From contig JAMCWD010000040.1 of NCBI GenBank assembly GCA_023475345.1, forward strand, positions 22,137 to 86,136: 64,000 nt of DNA. The letters are read 5' to 3'. The notes under the pieces were generated by a model that saw only the letters and a program-made list of their open reading frames with translations, searched no databases and was not told where the DNA came from. Positions 34,862 through 45,316 of the stretch are shown in pieces. The translations under genes and the position numbers were made by a program. Numbering within the stretch: the stretch's first letter is position 1; each line of letters opens with the position of its first letter. The DNA comes from Chloroflexota bacterium (GTDB lineage Bacteria > Vulcanimicrobiota > JAMCWD01).

Positions 34862-35971
34862 TTATTCTCTTTTTTCTTCTCTCCTCAACCCCTCAATTAC
34901 TTGGAAAACCTTTACCGCTGCAAGGCCTTCAGAAAAGTCAGAAGCATCAACAAACCGGGGTTTGATTACAACCTCTCCTGTCTTATCTATATAGCCCCAC
35001 CTGCCTCTAATAAAGTTCCATCGTGTTCCAATTTCTACTGCTGCCATGCCTTTAGCAAAGGAGGAGGCACCATAAAACTGGGGCTTGATTATAACCTCTC
35101 CTGTCTTATCTATATAGCTCCACTTATCTCCAATTTTAAACATTACCTTTGCTATGCCTCCAGAAAATGATTCGGCCAAATCAAACCGCGGCTTAATTAC
35201 AAATTTTCCTGTTTTATCAATATAACCACATTTCCCCCTAATATTTACCGCTGCCAGGTCTTCAGAAAAGGAATGGGCTTCATCAAACTGCGGCTCAATT
35301 ACAATTATCCCTGTTTTATTGATATAGCCGTATTTATCTCCAATCTGTACTGGCGCCAGACCTTCAAAAAAGTCCCAAGCAATATTAAACCGCGGTTCAA
35401 TTACAATTTTCCCGGTGTTATCGATATAGCCACATTTCCTCCCAATATTTACTGCTGACAAACCTTCAGAAAACCGTAAAGCAAAATCATATTGCGGCTC
35501 AATTATAATCTTACCTGTTTTATCGGTATAGCCCCACTTGCTTCCAATTTCTACATCTGCAAGGCCTTCAGAAAAGTCCCAAATATCATCAAACTGGGGT
35601 TTGATTACAAAAATTCCTGTCTTATCAATATAGCCCCACTTGCCTCCAATTTCTACCGCTGCCAGACCTTCATAAAATGGATGGGCTTGATCAAACTGAG
35701 GCTTGATTACAACCTCTCCTGTCTTGTTGATATAGCCCCACTTGCCTCCAATAAAGCCCCACCGTGTTCCAATTTCTACTGCTGCCAGGCCTTCAGAAAA
35801 GTCCCAAGCATAATCAAACTGGGGCTTGATTACAAACTCTCCTGTTTTATCAATAAAGCCATATTTTATCCCAAAAATTGCCGTAACTGTCTTTTCCGCC
35901 TGGTTGCATGAAATCAAACAGAAGAAACTAAGAATGAATATTATAAGTAAAATGAGCTTGCTTATTTTCAC
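34862..35971 (-). CDS. WG-repeat (KWG-type) protein, secreted/lipoprotein
   Basis: Signal plus CNQ lipobox-like FFCLISC. About 10 tandem 33-aa units WGYIDKTGEVVIKPQFDxAxxFSEGLAAVxIGxK. Confidence 0.85.
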   Translation of the reverse strand: MKISKLILLIIFILSFFCLISCNQAEKTVTAIFGIKYGFIDKTGEFVIKPQFDYAWDFSEGLAAVEIGTRWGFIGGKWGYINKTGEVVIKPQFDQAHPFYEGLAAVEIGGKWGYIDKTGIFVIKPQFDDIWDFSEGLADVEIGSKWGYTDKTGKIIIEPQYDFALRFSEGLSAVNIGRKCGYIDNTGKIVIEPRFNIAWDFFEGLAPVQIGDKYGYINKTGIIVIEPQFDEAHSFSEDLAAVNIRGKCGYIDKTGKFVIKPRFDLAESFSGGIAKVMFKIGDKWSYIDKTGEVIIKPQFYGASSFAKGMAAVEIGTRWNFIRGRWGYIDKTGEVVIKPRFVDASDFSEGLAAVKVFQVIEGLRREEKRE

Positions 35972-36230
35972 GGTTCATCTCCTCCTTAATGATTCAGTTT
36001 CATCCTGAAAAGATATAACCGATCATAGATTGAGATTTTTGATTGTTTGATTTAAGGTTTTTGCACGATTCGACAAAAGCATATATTTCCCCTTTACTTC
36101 AAGAGGGATTTAGTTTCGTTGTATGTGAATTTTCAGGGCGCTTTAAACGGGAAGGGATTCCTACCGCCATGAAGAAAATCCAAATTTAACAATATCCGTA
36201 CCACAGGATTTTTTTAAAAAGGAGCAGGCG

Positions 36231-37415
36231 GTGTTTAAAAGAGTGATAATTGTCGTAATGGACAGCGTCGGCGTAGGGGCGCTGCCCGATGCCGCAGAAT
36301 ACGGAGACGAAGGCAGCAATACCATAGGCAACATAGCAAAGAAAGCGGGTCTTAACCTTCCCAATTTCCAGAAATGGGGCATTGGAAATATCATCCCGAT
36401 AGATGGGATACCTCCCGCCGCCCGTCCCCTGGCGTTCTGGGGCAAAATGGCGGAAGAATCTCACGCCAAAGACACTATCATCGGGCACTGGGAAATCGCA
36501 GGGGCGATAACCGAAAACCCGTTCCCCACCTATCCTCACGGCTTCCCGCCTGAAGTTATCGAAAAGTACGAGGCCGCCATCGGGAGAAAAACCCTCGGCA
36601 ACAAGGCCGCATCGGGGACTGAGATCCTCAAGGAACTTGGCGAAGAGCACATGAGGACCGGCAGTCCCATCGTTTATACCAGCGCCGACTCGGTATTCCA
36701 GGTGGCCGCGCATGAAGACATCATCCCCATTGAAGAGTTGTATCGGATATGCCAGGTAGCAAGGGATCAACTCATAGGCGAGCACAACGTCAGCAGGGTT
36801 ATCGCACGGCCGTTCGTGGGGGAGCCGGGCAATTTTAAAAGGACTGACCGCAGGCACGATTTTTCCGTGGCCCCGCTCAAAAAGACACTGCTGGACTATG
36901 TTGTAGGTTCGGGCATGAAGGTCCTGGGGGTCGGCAAGATAGAAGATATTTTCGCAGGACACGGCATAAGCGAGAACAAGAAGATTCACGATAACCCCGA
37001 CGGCATAAGGAAAACGCTCGACTATATCGGGGATACCGACGAGCCGGGGATTATATTCACAAACCTCGTGGATTTCGACATGCTTTACGGACACAGGAAC
37101 GACGCCGAAGGCTACAGAGACGCGCTGGAATACCTGGACGGCAAAATCCCGGATTTCATGTCCGCCGTCAGAGACGACGACGTGTTGTTCTTCACCGCCG
37201 ACCACGGCTGTGACCCCACGATGACCTCTTCCACCGACCATTCCAGGGAATATGTCCCGCTTTTCGTTTACGGCAAAAAGCTTGCCGAGCCGCACGACCT
37301 CGGAGTCCGCAGGAGCTTCGCCGATATCGCGGCTACTATAAGAGACCTCCTGGGAATAGAAGCGGACGTTGCCGGGGAAAGCTTTGCGCCCATATTGACA
37401 GGCGAAGAAAAATAA
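36231..37415 (+). CDS. deoB: Phosphopentomutase
   Basis: GTG start after [47 protein letters not shown] and TADHGCDP. Confidence 0.92.
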   Translation: MFKRVIIVVMDSVGVGALPDAAEYGDEGSNTIGNIAKKAGLNLPNFQKWGIGNIIPIDGIPPAARPLAFWGKMAEESHAKDTIIGHWEIAGAITENPFPTYPHGFPPEVIEKYEAAIGRKTLGNKAASGTEILKELGEEHMRTGSPIVYTSADSVFQVAAHEDIIPIEELYRICQVARDQLIGEHNVSRVIARPFVGEPGNFKRTDRRHDFSVAPLKKTLLDYVVGSGMKVLGVGKIEDIFAGHGISENKKIHDNPDGIRKTLDYIGDTDEPGIIFTNLVDFDMLYGHRNDAEGYRDALEYLDGKIPDFMSAVRDDDVLFFTADHGCDPTMTSSTDHSREYVPLFVYGKKLAEPHDLGVRRSFADIAATIRDLLGIEADVAGESFAPILTGEEK

Positions 37416-37443
37416 CTACTTGCTATCACGAAGGGAGAAAGAA

Positions 37444-38265
37444 ATGAAACTTGTCGAGAAGATAAAAGAAGCAGTCGATTTCATCAGGACGAAGTACGAC
37501 GGGGAAGTGGAACTGGGTCTTATACTGGGTTCCGGCCTGGGCCACCTTGCAGAAGAGATAAAAAACCCGGTTGCCATACCGTCTCACGAGATCCCGCATT
37601 TCCCCAGATCGACGGTGGAAGGGCATGAGGGCCTGTTTATCCTGGGGGAACTTGAAGGCAAAAAAGTGGCTACAATGAAAGGCCGCATCCACTATTACGA
37701 AGGTTACTCGATGAAAGACATCACCTTTCCGGTCAGGGTCTTCAGGGCGCTGGGCGCAAAAATCCTTGTAGTTACAAATGCATGCGGCGGGATCAATAAC
37801 AACTTCGATCCCGGGGATATAATGGTCATCCGGGACCACGTAAATTTCATGGGTGATAATCCCCTGATGGGCCCCAACGACCCGGAACTGGGGGTAAGGT
37901 TCCTCGACATGTCGGACGCTTATAATAAAGATCTTGCCGATATGGCGGTGAACATCGGCCTGGAGCTTGAGATCCCGCTCCGGGAGGGGGTATATCTTGC
38001 CATAAGCGGCCCGTGCTACGAAACAATGGCGGAAATCGAAATGATCAGGAAAATGGGGGCCGACGCTGTGGGCATGTCAACCGTTCCCGAAACCATCGTC
38101 GCCCGCCACGGCAAGATGAAAGTCCTGGGCATATCCTGCGTTACGGATGTCATCCATAAAAAAGGCGGCGGCATAAGCCACGAAGAAGTGCTGGCGGTCG
38201 CCGAGAAAACCAGGCCGAAATTCCAGGCGCTGGTTAAAGAGTGTATCCGCAGGATTAAACTTTAA
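37444..38265 (+). CDS. punA: Purine nucleoside phosphorylase (PunA / PNP family, trimeric type)
   Basis: ATG 37444 lies 6 nt after AAGGGAG. LGLILGSGLG, TVEGHEG..., GRIHYYEGY, TNACGGIN and GMSTVPE. Confidence 0.9.
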   Translation: MKLVEKIKEAVDFIRTKYDGEVELGLILGSGLGHLAEEIKNPVAIPSHEIPHFPRSTVEGHEGLFILGELEGKKVATMKGRIHYYEGYSMKDITFPVRVFRALGAKILVVTNACGGINNNFDPGDIMVIRDHVNFMGDNPLMGPNDPELGVRFLDMSDAYNKDLADMAVNIGLELEIPLREGVYLAISGPCYETMAEIEMIRKMGADAVGMSTVPETIVARHGKMKVLGISCVTDVIHKKGGGISHEEVLAVAEKTRPKFQALVKECIRRIKL

Positions 38266-38304
38266 AACCTAATTTCTCAACCGGGCCTCTGAAAGGAGAA
38301 AGAA

Positions 38305-39828
38305 ATGCTGGCATTCGACATCATCAAGAAAAAAAGAGACGGCAAAATATTGACAAAAGAAGAATACGGCTTCATGTTCGAAGGCTTCAAGAACGGCGAT
38401 ATACCGGCATACCAGCTTGCAGCATTTCTGACGGCGCTTGAGGCGCGGGGGATGACGCCCGAAGAAAAGGAAGCCCTCGGCGATACGGATCTCAATATCC
38501 TGGTTCCTCTTAAGGGAGGCATCGACGATACGGTTATAAAGAAAAAAATCGGGGGCGGGGAACTGACAAAAGCAGAGATAGAAAAAGTCGTTATGGGCTT
38601 TGTTGACGGGAAGATCCCGGATCACCTGATGGCTGAATTCCTTATGGCGGTGTATTTGAAAGGGATGACGCCGCGGGAGACCACAGACCTGACGATGGTC
38701 ATGGTGGACTCGGGAGACAAAATAGACCTTTCGGCTATCCCCGGCGTTAAAGTTGATAAGCATTCGACCGGAGGCGTCGGCGATACCACCACTTTGATAC
38801 TTGCGCCCCTTGTCGCGGCGGCGGGAGTCCCTGTCGCCAAGATCTCAGGACGCGGCCTGGGACATACCGGGGGGACACTCGATAAGCTGGAATCCATACC
38901 CGGCCTCACGACATCCATATCGCTGGAAGATTTCATAAAACAGGTACAGGATATCGGCGTCGCAGTCGTGGGACAGACACAGGACCTCTGCCCCGCAGAC
39001 AAAAAGATGTACGCGCTCAGAGACGTTACCGCAACAATCGACAGCATACCGCTTATCGCCGGTTCCATAATGAGCAAGAAAATAGCCGCAGGCTCCGATG
39101 CGATACTCCTTGACGTCAAGGTGGGGAGCGGCGCATTTATGAAAGACATCGAATCGGCGCGGGAGCTGGGCCGTGCGATGGTGGAGATCGGGAAGCTCGC
39201 CGGGAGGAAAGTCGGCGCGGTGATCTCAAACATGGACCAGCCTCTCGGCAACTATATCGGCAACTCGCTGGAAGTGCTGGAAGCAATCGAGATCCTTAAC
39301 GGCATGCACAGGGGAAGCCCGTTATCTGAAGTGTCGCTTTTCCTGGCCGGGCACCTCCTGGTCATGGGCGGTGTTGCTGAAAATTACGAAGAGGGCCGCA
39401 GGAAAGCTGAAGTGGCGCTCCTTTCAGGCAAGGGTGCAAAAAAGTTCAAAGAGATGATAAAGGCACAGGGCGGAGACCCCGAAGTGGTGGAGGACTCCTC
39501 AAGGCTCCCGTGGGCTCCCGTAGTACACGATGTCAATTCGCCTGTCCAGGGCTTCGTTTCCGAGATGGAAGCCGAAACGATCGGAAAGACCACCGCCTTA
39601 CTGGGCGCGGGCCGGAAGAAAAAAGATGACGTGATAGACCCGTCGGTAGGGCTTATTATCAGGAAGCGCGTCGGCGACATGGTCTATAAAGGCGAAACCA
39701 TCGTACAGATACACGCCGCCTCACAGGATGATGCCCGGAAAGCCGAAGATATGTACCTTTCCGCAATTAAAATATCGAAGGAGAAACCTGAAAAACAGGA
39801 TCTGATACTTGACTTCATCTCCTATTGA
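38305..39828 (+). CDS. pdp: Pyrimidine-nucleoside (thymidine) phosphorylase with an approximately 75-aa N-terminal partial duplication
   Basis: KVDKHSTGGVGDTTTLILAPLVAA, SGRGLGHTGGTLDKLE and LYALRDVTATIDSIPLIAGSIMSKK. 507 aa, versus about 430-440 for the family as I recall it. Confidence 0.9.
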   Translation: MLAFDIIKKKRDGKILTKEEYGFMFEGFKNGDIPAYQLAAFLTALEARGMTPEEKEALGDTDLNILVPLKGGIDDTVIKKKIGGGELTKAEIEKVVMGFVDGKIPDHLMAEFLMAVYLKGMTPRETTDLTMVMVDSGDKIDLSAIPGVKVDKHSTGGVGDTTTLILAPLVAAAGVPVAKISGRGLGHTGGTLDKLESIPGLTTSISLEDFIKQVQDIGVAVVGQTQDLCPADKKMYALRDVTATIDSIPLIAGSIMSKKIAAGSDAILLDVKVGSGAFMKDIESARELGRAMVEIGKLAGRKVGAVISNMDQPLGNYIGNSLEVLEAIEILNGMHRGSPLSEVSLFLAGHLLVMGGVAENYEEGRRKAEVALLSGKGAKKFKEMIKAQGGDPEVVEDSSRLPWAPVVHDVNSPVQGFVSEMEAETIGKTTALLGAGRKKKDDVIDPSVGLIIRKRVGDMVYKGETIVQIHAASQDDARKAEDMYLSAIKISKEKPEKQDLILDFISY

Positions 39829-39938
39829 TATGATATGCGGCCTGATAGGACGGCGCATGAAATATTGCCGCATTACCTTTTCAAGCCAGGTAAATTTTTA
39901 GTTGTATTAAAACCGGATGCCCCCCGGAAGGAGAACCG

Positions 39939-41345
39939 ATGGCTGAATACGGCAGGCTGACAGAGGAGATTAAAAACGAACTGAAGGAAATCGTAGGGGG
40001 AAAAAACTTCCACGAATCTCCCGAGGAGCTTGTGGCCTATGCTTATGATGCGAGCGCATTCCGATTCAAGCCTGATATAATCCTCCGTCCTGTCGAAACC
40101 GGCCAGGTCAGCCGCATCATGAAAATAGCGTACAGGGAAAAGATCCCTGTAGTTCCACGCGGTGCGGGCACCGGGCTGACAGGCGGCTCTATCTCGCTTA
40201 AAGGCGGGATAATCCTATCGATGACCGCCATGAACAGGATCCTGAGCGTAGAGCCTGCGAACCTTGTAGCGGTAGTCCAGCCCGGGGTGGTAACCGAAGA
40301 CCTCCACCGGGCGGTATCGAAGCACGGCCTCTTCTATCCTCCCGACCCCGCCAGCCTTAAATCATGCACCATCGGGGGCAATGCCGCCGAAAGCGCCGGA
40401 GGCCCCCACTGCCTGAAATACGGCGTTACCAGGGACTACATCCTGGGTCTTGAAGCGGTGCTGGCAGACGGCACGGTATTAAGATCCGGCGCGAAAGTCA
40501 TGAAAAACGTCGTCGGCTACGACCTTACCCGGCTTCTCGTCGGGAGCGAAGGGACGCTTGCCATAATCACCGAGATCACCGTCAAGCTAATCCCCATGCC
40601 GAAATCCACCGTGACGACACTTGCTTACTTCGGCGAAAGTAAATCGGCATCGGAAGCGGTGGCCGCGATAATTTCAAAAGGCTTCCTGCCTTCGACGCTT
40701 GAATTCATGGATGAAACCTCTATCCGGGTCGTGGAAAAATTTACCGGGCTCGGCATCCCCTCTGAAGTAAAGGGGATCCTTTTGATCGAAACTGACGGCG
40801 ACACCGAAGGCGCGGAGAAATCCGCCGCTGAAATAGAAGGCATCCTCAGAGATAAAGGCGCATTCTCTGTCGAAACCGCTGAAGACGAAAAGAAGCGTGA
40901 TAAACTGTGGCATTCCCGCCGGAGCATCGCCCCGGCCCTGGGACAGGCGGCACAGTTCAAACTTGACGAAGATGTCGTCCTCCCGGTTTCGCTCATTCCG
41001 GAAGGCGTATCAAAAATAAAGGAAATATCGGAAAAGCACGGCATACCCGTCGCGATATTCGGCCATGCAGGCGACGGCAACCTCCATGTAAACCTGCTCC
41101 TCCAGGGGATGGAGCAAAAACACATGGAAGCCGCCGAAGCGATGCTCAAAGACATCTGCGGCTATATATGCAGCAGGGGCGGCGTCATATCCGGCGAGCA
41201 CGGGATCGGCTTTTTGAAAATCCCCTACATCTCGATGGGCCTTGACCCGGCGGCGCTTTCCATGATGCGCAGGATCAAAAATATCTTCGACCCCTGTGAA
41301 ATATTGAACCCCGGAAAAATGTTCCCGCCGGAAATAAAGGCATAA
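39939..41345 (+). CDS. glcD: FAD-linked oxidase (GlcD / D-lactate dehydrogenase family)
   Basis: IPVVPRGAGTGLTGGS FAD-binding (PCMH type). C-terminal GVISGEHGIGFLK...IKNIFDPCEILNPGK. Confidence 0.85.
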   Translation: MAEYGRLTEEIKNELKEIVGGKNFHESPEELVAYAYDASAFRFKPDIILRPVETGQVSRIMKIAYREKIPVVPRGAGTGLTGGSISLKGGIILSMTAMNRILSVEPANLVAVVQPGVVTEDLHRAVSKHGLFYPPDPASLKSCTIGGNAAESAGGPHCLKYGVTRDYILGLEAVLADGTVLRSGAKVMKNVVGYDLTRLLVGSEGTLAIITEITVKLIPMPKSTVTTLAYFGESKSASEAVAAIISKGFLPSTLEFMDETSIRVVEKFTGLGIPSEVKGILLIETDGDTEGAEKSAAEIEGILRDKGAFSVETAEDEKKRDKLWHSRRSIAPALGQAAQFKLDEDVVLPVSLIPEGVSKIKEISEKHGIPVAIFGHAGDGNLHVNLLLQGMEQKHMEAAEAMLKDICGYICSRGGVISGEHGIGFLKIPYISMGLDPAALSMMRRIKNIFDPCEILNPGKMFPPEIKA

Positions 41346-41351
41346 GCGCCG

Positions 41352-42602
41352 ATGAGCAAAAGCGGCGAAAAGAAAGGCGATTACTCAGGGCTGGAGCAGG
41401 ATCTCCACCGGTGCCTGAAGTGCGGCACTTGCCTTTCCGTCTGCCCGATATACCGTGAAACAAGGCTTGAAACCGAAAGTCCCAGGGGGAAGCTGGCCCT
41501 CCTCCAGGCCGCCGCGGAAGGCGATCTCGATGCGGCCCGAAAATTCCGACAACTGATGCTCTTCTGCCTGGGCTGCGGCCGTTGTGCCGCCGCATGCCCC
41601 AACTGCGTGGACACGACATCCCTTTTCTACGATGCCCGCGCAGTCCTTTCGGGTTACATGGGGGTGCCGCCCGTCCAGAGGCTCCTCTTCTCGACATTCT
41701 TCCCGTCGCATAAGCTCATGAGCGCCGCCGCATTTTTCGGAAACATCGCAGGAAAGATCTCCGCAGGCGGGATCATCGATATGATCTTCGGAGAATCGAA
41801 GCCCGCACTGATGGCCGGCTTTTTCAAATCCTACTCCTGGCCGTCTTTCATGGCGTCTTATAAAGAAAAAAAATCCGGGGGCGAAAAAATCGGCTTTTTC
41901 GTCGGATGCCTGGACAATTATTTTTACCCGGAGACCGCCCGAAACATCGTCAGACTGCTTGAGGAAATGGGCTATGCGGCGGTTGTTCCGCAGGATCTGT
42001 CGTGCTGCGGCGCGCCTTTATTGTCGCTGGGCCTGAAAGACGAAGCAAAGGACCTGGCACGCCGGACGATTGCCGCATTCGAAGACCGGGGAGTAACTAA
42101 AATAGTTACCGGCTGCGCCACCTGCGCCGATATAATGAAACATGCGTACCCGCATCTCCTGGGGGAAACAGGCGAGGACTTCGCGGAAAACGTGTACGAC
42201 CTTGTCGGCTTCCTCACGCATTGCGGCAGGCCTCTTCCCGGGACAGGGAAAATCGAAGGGAAGGTTCTTTTCCATACCCCGTGCCACCTGGGACAGGGTC
42301 TGAAACTTGCCGACGAAGCAAAAGATATAATTAAATCCGTCCCCGGCGCAGAATACGTCGAGCCTGAAGATAACGATACCTGCTGCGGGTTCGGCGGGAT
42401 CTTTTCATTCGATAACCCGGAATTTTCCGCAGAACTGCGGGACAAACGCATAAAATCCATACTTGATGCGGCCCCGGACATGGTGGTAACCGCGTGCCCG
42501 GCCTGCCGACGGCAGATAGACACCGGTCTTCGAAAAGCAGGGAGCAGCCTTAAAACCCTCCATTTAGCGGATTTTATTACAAAAAATATTTCCGGAGGAT
42601 GA
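41352..42602 (+). CDS. glcF: Fe-S oxidoreductase subunit with two CCG domains (GlcF-like)
   Basis: CLKCGTCLSVCP and CLGCGRCAAACP ferredoxin motifs. FVGC...CCG and FHTPCH...CCGFGG cysteine-rich CCG domains. Starts 6 nt after glcD. Confidence 0.8.
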   Translation: MSKSGEKKGDYSGLEQDLHRCLKCGTCLSVCPIYRETRLETESPRGKLALLQAAAEGDLDAARKFRQLMLFCLGCGRCAAACPNCVDTTSLFYDARAVLSGYMGVPPVQRLLFSTFFPSHKLMSAAAFFGNIAGKISAGGIIDMIFGESKPALMAGFFKSYSWPSFMASYKEKKSGGEKIGFFVGCLDNYFYPETARNIVRLLEEMGYAAVVPQDLSCCGAPLLSLGLKDEAKDLARRTIAAFEDRGVTKIVTGCATCADIMKHAYPHLLGETGEDFAENVYDLVGFLTHCGRPLPGTGKIEGKVLFHTPCHLGQGLKLADEAKDIIKSVPGAEYVEPEDNDTCCGFGGIFSFDNPEFSAELRDKRIKSILDAAPDMVVTACPACRRQIDTGLRKAGSSLKTLHLADFITKNISGG

Positions 42603-42686
42603 AGGAAAAAACTTCACAGATGCGAAAGTAAGTTCTGCCAGCTTTGAATAAAAGGTGAGTTTTAAAATATAAAGCCGGGTGAAAAA

Positions 42687-43505
42687 TTGAATACAACAGT
42701 GCAGCCAATAGGGATTTTCGACTCAGGCGTAGGCGGTCTCACAGTCCTGAAGAGGATGCGTGAAGCCCTGCCGCGCGAAAATTATATTTATTTCGCCGAC
42801 CTTGCCAACGTGCCTTACGGCGACAAGTCCCCCGGGCATATCGTCAAGATAGTCTCCGGGATCCTCGATTTCATGCGGCACAAAAACGTTAAAGCTATCA
42901 TCATGGCGTGCAATACCTCGTCAGCCCTCGTCCTGCCCGGCCTTTTGGAAAACGGCTACCCCGTCCCGCTTTTCGGCATGATAGAACCTATCGCCGAGGC
43001 CGCAAAGAACGGCCTGGGATCAAAGCGGGTGGGGATACTCGCCAACCCCGTAACCGTAAACAGCGGCATCTACCAGAAAATGCTTGCGCCCCTGAATTCA
43101 GTTGCGGTGCCGTGCCCCCGCCTTGTTCCTTTCGTTGAAAAAGGAATTTTCGAAGGCGAAGAAGTGGAATCCGCTCTTGCCGAATACCTGGCGCCCGTCG
43201 AAGAATTGAACGCCGATACCCTGATACTCGGTTGTACCCACTACCCGTTCCTTGCCCCGGTCATCGAAAAGATGTTGAAGAACGGGACCAGGGTGCTTGA
43301 TCCGTCGCTTTATACCGTGAAGCAGGTGAAGCAGACACTGCACAAGTTGTGTCTTCTGAGGAAGATGAATAACGGGAACGGCGGAAAAGGCCGCGTAGAA
43401 TTTTATACCAGCAAATCCCCCGAAAACTTCAAATCCCTCGCAGGCCTGTTCCTGGGCGAGCAGGTGGAGGACGTTAAGGAAGTCAGCGAACTCGCGGCTG
43501 TGTGA
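42687..43505 (+). CDS. murI: Glutamate racemase
   Basis: IGIFDSGVGGLTV, IIMACNTSS and LILGCTHYPFL (both catalytic Cys motifs). Confidence 0.9.
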   Translation: MNTTVQPIGIFDSGVGGLTVLKRMREALPRENYIYFADLANVPYGDKSPGHIVKIVSGILDFMRHKNVKAIIMACNTSSALVLPGLLENGYPVPLFGMIEPIAEAAKNGLGSKRVGILANPVTVNSGIYQKMLAPLNSVAVPCPRLVPFVEKGIFEGEEVESALAEYLAPVEELNADTLILGCTHYPFLAPVIEKMLKNGTRVLDPSLYTVKQVKQTLHKLCLLRKMNNGNGGKGRVEFYTSKSPENFKSLAGLFLGEQVEDVKEVSELAAV

Positions 43506-43537
43506 GGGCAAGGACAATCAAGTAAGGAGGAGACAAA

Positions 43538-43885
43538 ATGGCCAAAAGAAATCCTCCTTGGACAAGAGATGAGCTTATTTTAGCGCTTGATCTCTATTTC
43601 AAAGTTAATCCAGCCCATATTTCATCTTCTCATCCTGATGTGATAAGGTTAAGCGAAGTATTAAACGAGTTGCCAATACATAAAGTTCGTCCCGATTCAG
43701 AGAAGTTTAGAAATCCGAATAGCGTTTATATGAAGCTGTGCAACTTCCTCCGCCTTGATCCTACCTATCATGGCGCTGGCCTCTCGCGCGGATCTAAGAT
43801 GGATATTGCGATCTGGGACGAATTTGGAAATGACCCCGAACAATTAAATGCCAGCGTAAAAGAAATACTTGATAAGACAAAATAA
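43538..43885 (+). CDS. Stand-alone domain resembling the N-terminal region of HNH-family restriction endonucleases (no nuclease domain present)
   Basis: PWTRDELILALDLYF...FRNPNSVYMKLCNFLRLDP...GLSRGSKMDIAIWDEF. AGGAGG SD. Visibly AT-richer than its neighbours. The family assignment is from memory only. Confidence 0.6.
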   Translation: MAKRNPPWTRDELILALDLYFKVNPAHISSSHPDVIRLSEVLNELPIHKVRPDSEKFRNPNSVYMKLCNFLRLDPTYHGAGLSRGSKMDIAIWDEFGNDPEQLNASVKEILDKTK

Positions 43886-44035
43886 TCTCCGCCGTAGATC
43901 AAGTGCAAAAAGCCTGATTCCGCCGTTTTTCAAGGGACAAATTTCTCAAAAAAGGCTTTGTTGACGCCTGTCAACAAGCCGGGGCCTCCGGCGGCAGTTA
44001 AGATCGGCTTAACAAGCCGAAGCTCCCGATTGGAG

Positions 44036-44302
44036 TTAAGATTTGCTTTTTTCAACCAGCTCGAGGTAATTTTTAGTAGCCTGAATAAGTCTCTTGCTGG
44101 AAATTTTATCGGGGCTGAAAATAATCGCCTGGCAGAATTCGACCCGGCGGTCCAGGGAAGGGTCCGCCTTCACAGCGGCGTCAATCTGGGATTGAAAAAC
44201 CTTCAGGGATTCCTTTTCTTCAGGGCTTACAGCATTTAAGGCTCTGCCGAATTCTTCCATCGCCAGTTTCAATTCGTCCGGCTGTTGTACTCCTTCTCCC
44301 AT
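44036..44302 (-). CDS. Hypothetical 88-aa helical protein
   Basis: GAGGAGGG SD 5 nt upstream. It occupies the slot after the PSP1 gene. No recognisable motif. Confidence 0.6.
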   Translation of the reverse strand: MGEGVQQPDELKLAMEEFGRALNAVSPEEKESLKVFQSQIDAAVKADPSLDRRVEFCQAIIFSPDKISSKRLIQATKNYLELVEKSKS

Positions 44303-44467
44303 CAGTACCCTCCTCGGCTGAACGTATCAGATATTACCGTAATATTATTCCCATTTTTCGGAATTTTACCTGCTTTATAAAAACAAACAATTTTTTATGA
44401 TAACAGGCTCACCGCCCAAAGCGGCATAAAAGTCCCGGCGTCATGCTGTTCCGGGGCATAGCCGGGG

Positions 44468-45316
44468 CTATTTTCCGCCCTGATGGTTCTTCTCCTTCGG
44501 TAGAATTGTAATGTCATTCACGTGATGTTCGGCCCTGACGTTGCTGTCGGGGAATTCGACGATAACCGTCTGTTTGGGGACATTCAAATCGACGACCCTC
44601 CCGATTTCGTTACCGGGCAGGCGGACTTCGGCGCCGAGGCGGGGGAGCGATTTCATCCCTTCTATGTAATCGTCGTATTCGTACTGGAGACAGCACATCA
44701 GGCGCCCGCAGCTACCGGAGATCTTGGCGGGGTTGAGCGTAAGGCTTTGAGTCTTGGCCATCTTGACGCTGACCGGGGCGAATTCTCTCAGGTTGCTGAT
44801 ACAGCACAACTCCCTGCCGCACGGGCCGAGTCCCCCGATCATCTTGGCTTCGTCCCTGACGCCTATCTGGTGAAGCTCTATCCTCTTCCTGAAAACCGAT
44901 GCCAGGTCCCTGACGAGGGCGCGGAAATCCACCCTGCCTTCAGCCGTGAAATAAAAAATTATCTTGGAGCCGTCCAGCGTATATTCCACATTGACAAGCT
45001 TCATCGGGAGGCCGTGCGATTTTATCTTTTCAAGCGCTATCCTGTAAGCGCGAGATGCTTTCAGGCGGTTCTCGTAATACCTGTCCAGATCGTCCGGCGT
45101 CGCCTTTCTTTGAACTGTCCTCAGCGAATCCGTTTCCCCTATGGGGACCGACGGCTTGACGACAACGCCCAGCTCCGGGCCTTTCGTCCCTTCAACAACA
45201 ACGTATTCCCCGGCTTCGAATTTCAATTCGCCGGGGAGGTAAAAGGCAATCCTGCCTGCTCTTCTGCAGGCGGGCGCAACGACTACTGCTTCGATATTAT
45301 TCATATTTTCACTCAT
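44468..45316 (-). CDS. ricT: PSP1 domain protein (RicT/YaaT-like)
   Basis: GLGPCGRELCCISNLREFAPVSVKMAKTQSLTLNPAKISGSCGRLMCCLQYE is the hallmark PSP1 Cys-rich core. Overlaps holB by 4 nt. Confidence 0.9.
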   Translation of the reverse strand: MSENMNNIEAVVVAPACRRAGRIAFYLPGELKFEAGEYVVVEGTKGPELGVVVKPSVPIGETDSLRTVQRKATPDDLDRYYENRLKASRAYRIALEKIKSHGLPMKLVNVEYTLDGSKIIFYFTAEGRVDFRALVRDLASVFRKRIELHQIGVRDEAKMIGGLGPCGRELCCISNLREFAPVSVKMAKTQSLTLNPAKISGSCGRLMCCLQYEYDDYIEGMKSLPRLGAEVRLPGNEIGRVVDLNVPKQTVIVEFPDSNVRAEHHVNDITILPKEKNHQGGK

